DNA from: an uncultured Holophagales bacterium
GTDB taxonomy: Bacteria; Acidobacteriota; Thermoanaerobaculia; Multivoradales; UBA5704
Direction of reading: 5' to 3'
NCBI GenBank assembly: GCA_963842525.1
Contig: CAWJGT010000023.1
Location: 192,001-256,000 of the forward strand
DNA: 64,000 nt
The position numbers and the translations under genes are program-made. This document shows positions 57,585-64,000 of this stretch, in pieces. The notes beneath the pieces are model-generated. The model was not told the DNA's origin, ran no database searches, and saw only the letters and a program-made list of their open reading frames with translations. The stretch's first letter is position 1, and each line of letters opens with the position of its first letter.

Positions 57585-58484
57585 CTATTGCCCGCTGTTG
57601 AGCCCGGAGTGCGGCACCCCGTTCACCACCGTACGGAAGCCGATGTCCGAGATCCGGTCGATCTCCAGGAGCCAGTAGCGGTGGTAGGTGCGCAGGTAGG
57701 CGGGCTGCAACTGAAAGGCGCCGCCGCGCAGGATCTTTTCCCTGCTCTTTCCCAGGTTGACGGGATTCTTTTTCGGCGAGCTCGCGTAGAAGCCGGGGAG
57801 GTAGCTGTCCTCGCACCACTCCCAGACGTTGCCGGCCATGTTCATGGCGCCATAGGGTGAGGCGCCCTCCTGGCAGCAGTTCACCGGCGCGGTGGAGGTC
57901 AGCGACAGCGGGTGGCCTTCAAACATGGCGCGGTGAGGGGTCGGCTGATCGTTGCCCCACGGGAATTCGCGGCCGTCGGTGCCGCGGGCCGCTTTTTCCC
58001 ACTCCGCCTCGGTGGGCAGCCGCTTGCCGGCCCAGGCCGCGTACTTCTTCGCCTCGATCCAGGTGACGTGGACCACCGGGTGGGCGTTGCGCAGGCCCCA
58101 GTCCGGAGGATGGACGACGGGCTCGCGGACGTTGGGCACCGTGCGATAGGGCAGGCCCGAGGCTTTCCACTTGCGCCAGGAGACCTCGTACTTGTCGATG
58201 TAGAAACCGTCGAGCTCGACCGTGTGTGCCGGCTTCTCCCACTCCTGGCCCTGGTCGCTGCCCATGGTGAACGGCCCCGGCGGGACGTAGACCATGATCG
58301 AGCTGTCTTTCTGCCACACGTACTCGCCGGTCGTCGCGCCGCGTTCGAGCCCTTCCGGCAAAGCCTCTCCATACCAGCCCTTGCGCGGGGTTTGAGCCGG
58401 TGTTTGAGCCATAAGGGCCGGCGCGAAGACGGCGCAGAGGACGGCGGCGGCCAGGATCGACTTCAGACCCGATGCCTTGCACAT
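57585..58484 (-). CDS. Secreted FGE-sulfatase (SUMF1/EgtB/PvdO) domain protein
   Basis: Signal peptide; GPFTMGS, FYIDKYEV, HPVVHVTW, RLPTEAEWEKAARG, MAGNVWEW, RGG, GFR. Confidence 0.92.
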   Translation of the reverse strand: MCKASGLKSILAAAVLCAVFAPALMAQTPAQTPRKGWYGEALPEGLERGATTGEYVWQKDSSIMVYVPPGPFTMGSDQGQEWEKPAHTVELDGFYIDKYEVSWRKWKASGLPYRTVPNVREPVVHPPDWGLRNAHPVVHVTWIEAKKYAAWAGKRLPTEAEWEKAARGTDGREFPWGNDQPTPHRAMFEGHPLSLTSTAPVNCCQEGASPYGAMNMAGNVWEWCEDSYLPGFYASSPKKNPVNLGKSREKILRGGAFQLQPAYLRTYHRYWLLEIDRISDIGFRTVVNGVPHSGLNSGQ

Positions 58485-58628
58485 CTCGGCTTCTCCTGCT
58501 GGTCAAACGGTGAAAACCCCCGCCGGGCTTGCCCGGCGGAGGCAGTGATCGAGAATCGAAATCGATAACCGAGGCCCGGGTGCCGGAGCACCCGGGTCGT
58601 ACGGCTGCAACAACGGACGATCGGGCGT

Positions 58629-61600
58629 CTACTGCCGCTCGTTCTCGTCCGCCTCCATCTCCTCGAGCTCCGCGAACTCCTGCTCGAACTGCACCTTCAG
58701 GTCGCGCCCGCGCAGGATCTCCTGCGCCGCTTCCTGCAGCCTCTGCGTCCGTTCGGTCACCAGGCCCGCGGTGGGACCGCTCGCCACGCCGCCGCCCGGC
58801 GACTGGAAGCAGACCTGCCTCGGGGCCGTGGCGCCGAGGTCGAACTGCCAACGGCCGTTGCCACGGTTGACCTGGGCATTGCCCAGGCGCTGGCCGGTGC
58901 ACCTGCCTTTGGCTGCGGCGCCGCCGAACACCGCGAGGCGCCCGACGGTGTCGCCGGCGGGCTTGGGGCTGACGACGCCGCGCACAGTCGTCCTGCCGCC
59001 CTTGGCCTCGACGGCGGTGACGGTGATGACGTCGGTTGCGACGAGGGCGCCGCCGGCACCCGGGTCGGTCACCCGCAGGATGTTCCACAGGCCGGTCTGG
59101 AGGAAGTTCTGCGAGCGTTCCAGGAACAGGTAGTCCCCGGGCGCCTGCAGGTCACCCCCGGCGCCGCCGATGTACTCCATGTTGAGCGTCATGCCCGGAG
59201 CCAGCACGTCGTTCCACAGCACCTCCGAGCCGGGCATGCCGGGCTCCTGGAGGTAGCGGTGGCCTTCGACGGTCGGCAGGTGGGGCGTCTCGGCCCAGGG
59301 TACACCGGCGCGGTAGATGAGGGACGCCCCCTTCGGCACGGTGACGACGTGCCGCGGGTCGCCAAAGAGTGCGGTGCGGAAGACGTTGGCCGGGTCTGCG
59401 ATGAAGTTGCGCAGGGACCACGGCTCGTTGCTGTAGCTGACCGAGTTGGTGAACTCGGGTTGGGGTGGATAGGGCATGCGGTCCTGGTTCATCTCGTCCT
59501 CGGCGTCCATGAACAAGGCCACGAACTCGCGGGTGGCGAGCCCGTCCTTGACGATGTCCGCCTGGATGCCGACGCCGCCGCCCGGCAGCGGATTGAGCGT
59601 GCCCGGGCTGCGGTAGGTCGAGCCTTCCGGCTCGACCACGACGCCGCCCCAGGCGCCCACGGCGAGCGAGTCGGAGTCCGCCAGGTTGAGCGCCAGGGTG
59701 AGGCCGAGGTCCTTGTCGGCGTAGTACTCGTAGGTCCGCGTCGAGCCCGGCCCCACCGTCGAGTCGTAGTTGAGCCCGATGGCGGCGCCATAGGAACGCT
59801 GCGGATCGAAGAGCAGCTCGCCGACGCTGAACCCCGACCGCCTGCTGGTGCGCAGGTTGGTCAGGTTGACTTGCAGGCACTGGCCCTTGTTGACGCGCAC
59901 GACGATCGGCGTACGGGTGTTGGTGATCGGATCGCCATTGAGGAAGTAGGCGACGCCGGCCTGGCCGGGCAGCGCGTCGTTGTAGATGATCGAGGTGTCG
60001 GCGATGGACAGGTTGTAGGTCTTCCTGGTCGCACCTGCCGGGCAGGCGTCGCCCGGTCCGTCGGCCAGCGACGTCGGAGGCGGACCAGGCGGGTCAGGCG
60101 CGCCGGCTGCCGCGGTGAACGCCGGGAACCCCGACGAGCCGTTGGGGTATCCGAACCCCGGCAGCGGCTTCAGGTCTCCCTTCTGCTGGTCGTAGACCCG
60201 CAGCAGGCCCCAGGCTCCGGCCTCGAAGTCCCTTGCGAGGGTGGAGTAGTACATGTAGTCGCCGGGGTACTTCTTGGGCCCGCCGGCGCCTCCCTCGAGC
60301 GAGAAGTCGTAGCGTTCGGAGATGCCGAGGAAGGTGGTGTCGCGCAGGTCCGAATTCGCGTTGTAGCGTTCGATGTTGAAGCGGTGCCCGGTCACCCGGA
60401 TGCCGCCCACCTTCTCGATCAGGCCCATGCCGCGGAAGACCACCGGGTCGCCCGCGTAGGCCCTCACCTCCTGGGTGAACGGATCCCCGTGCGTGACCGA
60501 CGAGAACCGGTAGGCCGCGTCGCCCGGACGCAGCGACCAGGGCTCGGCGCGCAGGTTGATGGTGCCGCCGCCGAGGTCGAAGCCGCCGACGACGGGGTTC
60601 TGGTTGTGGACGAAGGCCATGAACTCGCGGAACGAGCCGTTGACGCCCGCGGCCACCGGCTTGCCGCCGAAGAACGGGTTGACGTGGATGTCGGCGAGAG
60701 TCCCGGCACGGATCTCGTCACCGGTGACCGGGTCGTGATAGGTCGAGCCCTTCGGCTCCACGATGTGGGCCCCGAACAGGCCGTGATCCCAGTCCTTGCT
60801 CTCGACGTGGGTGTGGAAGAAGACCGTGCCGAAGTCGACGTCCGAATACCAGTTGTAGCGGACGAACTCGACGCCCACCGCCTCGCCGATGTCGTGGTCC
60901 AGCAGCAACGGCAGGTTGAGCGTAATGGTATCTGTCCCCGTGATCCCGGTGATCTTGCGGATCTCGGTACAGGGGAACGGCTGGCCCAGGATGCTGCCGC
61001 AGGTGCCTTCGCCGAGGCCGATGCCGATCCAGATGCCCACCCGCAGGTTGGTGACGTTGGTCACCTTGAGGGTCGAGCTGAACTGGTCCGCATCCTGGGT
61101 CAGCGTGCGGTTCTCGGTCGCGTACGGGCGCACCGACTGCTCGTAGGAGAAGCCGGTGATCACGCCGTCCGAGGCCTGCGTGTCGAACTGCACGAAGTGG
61201 CTGTGGATGTTGACCTTCGACCAGTTGTTGTTGAGGCCCGAGTCGGCGATCTCGTTGGTGAAGATGATCTCCACGCAGTCCCCGACGTTCGAGCGGATGG
61301 CCAGCGGCTCCCGGGGCTTCGTGGGAGGATTGGCCAGGATGGCGTCCTTGTGCTCGTTGAGCACGAAGAGCATGCCGTCCGGGTCCGTCTTCGACGGCCT
61401 GCCTGGAGGCGTCGCCTTCGTCACGTCGATGTCCAGCTTGACGGCGCTCACCGGATAGAACCGCTGCGCCTTCAAGCCGACGAACACATTGGGATGGACG
61501 AGGTTGTTGGCGCACAGGCCGTCGTAGCGGCCCGGGATCATCTGCTCGCCGAGCCAGGGGGACCCGGAGTGGCGCGCCGTGAAGGGAGGTCGCTGGGCCG

Positions 61601-64000
61601 CATGAGGCCGGAACAGCGGCCAGGCATAGCGGCCGTTCTTCGGGTTGAACTTGACCTCGGGCCTCACTCCCGGGGTGGGCGACTTCCAGTTGGCCATCGC
61701 CAAGGTCTCTTCCGGCTCGCCGAAGGCCTTGTAGGTGGCGTTGGGGGACCCGGTGGTGGTCCAATTCCACACCGTCGCGTCGTTGGCGTCGATGCGCACG
61801 CCCGGCGGCGGAAGCTGGTCCGCGATCCAGTCGGAGAGCTTCACCTGGGTAAAGGGGTTCGAGAAGCTGCTGTCGGCGACGATCGTGCGGCCCCAATCCA
61901 CGCTCAGGCCGATGAGCTGGCCGGCCGAGACCGCCGCTGCCGGCGGCGTGTTGGACGGCGCCTGGCTGTCGGAGAACACGTTGTCGGACTGGAACAGGTC
62001 CGGGTCCGCGAACAGCGCATGGCCGTGGATCTCGTTCTCCGCCGTCTGCTGGGTGGCATAGACGCGCCAGAACGACCACATGCCGGCGACGTAGTGATGG
62101 CCGATGTGGCAGTGGAAGAGGAACTCGCCCTCGCCCTGCTGGCAGCCGCCCGCACCGCACTCGTGCTCGAGGTTGTAGCTGCTGCCGGGTCCGATCGACT
62201 GCGAGTCGAGATGGACCGACTTGAGGGTCTGGTTCGGGACCTTGGTCAGGCCCTTCCAGAAGTTGCTGTTGGGATCGGCGTCGGGATTGCGCCGCCAGCG
62301 GTCACCGCCGCCGTGCAGATGGTGCACGTGGAAGATCTCGGTGCCGGCGTGGAGCACCCGCGTCTTGGTCGCCTCACCCAGGTAGGAGCGCGGCATCGGC
62401 GTCGGCGGATCGCCGAACGGGTACGAGGCGTAGCTCAGGTTCTTGCCGTGCCGGATGCTGCCTACGGCATTGCCGAGGATCAGGTCGTTCAGCTCGATGC
62501 GGCGGCGGAACGGCTCGCTCCGGTAGTTGATGGCACGGCCCACGATCTTGTAGGCGCCGGACAAGGCATTGTTGTCCAGGTGGGGCAGGATCGCGCCCTT
62601 GAAATCGAAGAGGCCGCGGAAGTTCTCGGCGCCGAACTCGTGATACAGGACCACGAACTCGCGGAAGCTCTTGCCGTCCGGCCGGTCGTGCACATTGGGG
62701 TCTTTGATGATCGCTTCCCAGGTGCTGCCGGTCACGGTGTCGAGCGGCTGGCCGGTCTCGACGTCAAGGTAGGTCGAGCCCTCCGGCTCGGCCACCAGGG
62801 CGCCGAACAACCCCAGGCCCTGGCGCAGGCGCCAGTCGAAGCGGCCCGGAGCCGGCGGGTTCATTCCCACGACAGTGCCGGCGCCATGATCGTGGAAGTG
62901 ATAGGCGCGCTCGGCGGCGGGGTCCTTGGGGATCGGGATCTCGTAGGTGACGGTCTGCCCGGCAGCGGCATAGCTGGGGGCGTTCTGGCCGACCGCGCTG
63001 CCCGCGTTCTGGACCGTGTGCGACAGGCCCAGGATGTGCAGCGACGTCGGGTGCCCGTCGACGAGGTCGTTGGTGAAGTGGATCCGCACGCAGTCGCCCA
63101 GGTTGGCGCGGATCACCAGCGGCTGGATCGGGTCCTTGCGCAGGCCCGGGGTCACGCGGGTGATGCCAGGCAGGTCTGCGTTGACGTTGTTGGCGGCGAC
63201 CAGGGCCGCCCGGCTGTTGATCAGGTCCTGCTCGAAGGCCCGAATCGCCGGGATGTTGGCCTCCAGGGCGTACATGAACCCAGGCACGAAGTCGAAATAG
63301 CGGTTGACGGTGTGGACCACGTTGATCGCGTGGACCCTGTACTCCTTGACCGGCCCGCCGGCGGTGCAGGCGTTGTACGGCGCGCCGCCGCCGGTGGGAG
63401 CCACGACCTGCCCGGCATAGGACTGGCCCACGCCGTTGCCGTAGCAGAACCCCAGCAGGCCCACGACGGCGATGGCGCCGAGGCGTACCGGCCGGGCCCA
63501 CCAGCGCAGGAAGGCGAGAGTCTGCTCGCGGTCCGCCCGCGGCAGCCCGGCGCGGTGCCTGAGGAACAGGCCGAGCAGCAGCAGGGGCAGCAGCGCCGCA
63601 AACTGGATCAGCAGGGCGCTGGCGCCGGCCTCGATCCGGTACATGAGCGGCATCCCGGGGGCGTCGGGATCGCCGACGAGGCCCGGATTGCGCACCGAGG
63701 CGAAGGAGCAGAGCTGCTTCGGCTGCTGCACCGTGAGCTCGGTGCTCTGCACCTGGGTGACCTGCACCTCGGCCAGCGACAGGCCATAGGTGTTGCCCAT
63801 CCATTCATGGGCCAGGTCCCGGGTGCCGGCCACCGGCACCATCAGGACGAGGAACACGAGGGAGACCAGGCCGGCGATACCCAGCAGGCCGGACCACTCC
63901 CCCGCTTCCATGTGGAACCTGCGGGCCAGCCGGGTGCCCGCCCACAGGGCGAGCCCCACGAGGGGCAGCACCATGGCGAGGTCCAGAGCCATGTGCGCGC
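58629..64000 (-). CDS. Very large multicopper oxidase, MnxG-like, with N-terminal TM segments (reading frame open to the window edge)
   Basis: Copper motifs HFHDH, HVHHLHG, HCHIGHHYVAGM, NIHSHFVQFD, FFHTH in the C-D-A-B order of MnxG; more than 1780 aa. Confidence 0.85.
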   Translation of the reverse strand, partial: AHMALDLAMVLPLVGLALWAGTRLARRFHMEAGEWSGLLGIAGLVSLVFLVLMVPVAGTRDLAHEWMGNTYGLSLAEVQVTQVQSTELTVQQPKQLCSFASVRNPGLVGDPDAPGMPLMYRIEAGASALLIQFAALLPLLLLGLFLRHRAGLPRADREQTLAFLRWWARPVRLGAIAVVGLLGFCYGNGVGQSYAGQVVAPTGGGAPYNACTAGGPVKEYRVHAINVVHTVNRYFDFVPGFMYALEANIPAIRAFEQDLINSRAALVAANNVNADLPGITRVTPGLRKDPIQPLVIRANLGDCVRIHFTNDLVDGHPTSLHILGLSHTVQNAGSAVGQNAPSYAAAGQTVTYEIPIPKDPAAERAYHFHDHGAGTVVGMNPPAPGRFDWRLRQGLGLFGALVAEPEGSTYLDVETGQPLDTVTGSTWEAIIKDPNVHDRPDGKSFREFVVLYHEFGAENFRGLFDFKGAILPHLDNNALSGAYKIVGRAINYRSEPFRRRIELNDLILGNAVGSIRHGKNLSYASYPFGDPPTPMPRSYLGEATKTRVLHAGTEIFHVHHLHGGGDRWRRNPDADPNSNFWKGLTKVPNQTLKSVHLDSQSIGPGSSYNLEHECGAGGCQQGEGEFLFHCHIGHHYVAGMWSFWRVYATQQTAENEIHGHALFADPDLFQSDNVFSDSQAPSNTPPAAAVSAGQLIGLSVDWGRTIVADSSFSNPFTQVKLSDWIADQLPPPGVRIDANDATVWNWTTTGSPNATYKAFGEPEETLAMANWKSPTPGVRPEVKFNPKNGRYAWPLFRPHAAQRPPFTARHSGSPWLGEQMIPGRYDGLCANNLVHPNVFVGLKAQRFYPVSAVKLDIDVTKATPPGRPSKTDPDGMLFVLNEHKDAILANPPTKPREPLAIRSNVGDCVEIIFTNEIADSGLNNNWSKVNIHSHFVQFDTQASDGVITGFSYEQSVRPYATENRTLTQDADQFSSTLKVTNVTNLRVGIWIGIGLGEGTCGSILGQPFPCTEIRKITGITGTDTITLNLPLLLDHDIGEAVGVEFVRYNWYSDVDFGTVFFHTHVESKDWDHGLFGAHIVEPKGSTYHDPVTGDEIRAGTLADIHVNPFFGGKPVAAGVNGSFREFMAFVHNQNPVVGGFDLGGGTINLRAEPWSLRPGDAAYRFSSVTHGDPFTQEVRAYAGDPVVFRGMGLIEKVGGIRVTGHRFNIERYNANSDLRDTTFLGISERYDFSLEGGAGGPKKYPGDYMYYSTLARDFEAGAWGLLRVYDQQKGDLKPLPGFGYPNGSSGFPAFTAAAGAPDPPGPPPTSLADGPGDACPAGATRKTYNLSIADTSIIYNDALPGQAGVAYFLNGDPITNTRTPIVVRVNKGQCLQVNLTNLRTSRRSGFSVGELLFDPQRSYGAAIGLNYDSTVGPGSTRTYEYYADKDLGLTLALNLADSDSLAVGAWGGVVVEPEGSTYRSPGTLNPLPGGGVGIQADIVKDGLATREFVALFMDAEDEMNQDRMPYPPQPEFTNSVSYSNEPWSLRNFIADPANVFRTALFGDPRHVVTVPKGASLIYRAGVPWAETPHLPTVEGHRYLQEPGMPGSEVLWNDVLAPGMTLNMEYIGGAGGDLQAPGDYLFLERSQNFLQTGLWNILRVTDPGAGGALVATDVITVTAVEAKGGRTTVRGVVSPKPAGDTVGRLAVFGGAAAKGRCTGQRLGNAQVNRGNGRWQFDLGATAPRQVCFQSPGGGVASGPTAGLVTERTQRLQEAAQEILRGRDLKVQFEQEFAELEEMEADENERQ

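Overview
GC-rich bacterial chromosome segment; the gene repertoire and repeat style suggest Acidobacteriota (Thermoanaerobaculia-like), which is an inference. (1) 1-7.9 kb, accessory island: a XerC/D-type tyrosine recombinase is followed by about 2.1 kb of apparently non-coding DNA. This DNA carries six direct 64-nt hairpin repeats plus one inverted copy, separated by reshuffled spacer modules, and a dif-like AT-rich palindrome. An AT-richer DUF900-type hydrolase cargo follows. (2) 7.9-13.6 kb, housekeeping genes: frameshifted recN, YkgJ, S9 peptidase, FHA-GGDEF. (3) 13.7-47.4 kb, a large surface-glycan locus: many GT2/GT4, three GT-C-like membrane proteins, methyl- and sulfotransferases, WecE, WbqC and Wzm/Wzt, interleaved with secreted proteins. 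(4) 47.7-57.5 kb: MITE-like element, comM, an SCO-PCu(A)C-cytochrome c-ELWxxDGT operon, decayed TA fragments and an orphan integron cassette with attC. (5) 57.6-64 kb: an FGE-domain protein and a very large MnxG-like multicopper oxidase that runs off the window end. The best candidates for undescribed biology are the recombinase-linked hairpin array and the membrane-anchored MnxG-like oxidase with its copper-delivery neighbourhood. Several +1 frameshifts look like sequencing errors.
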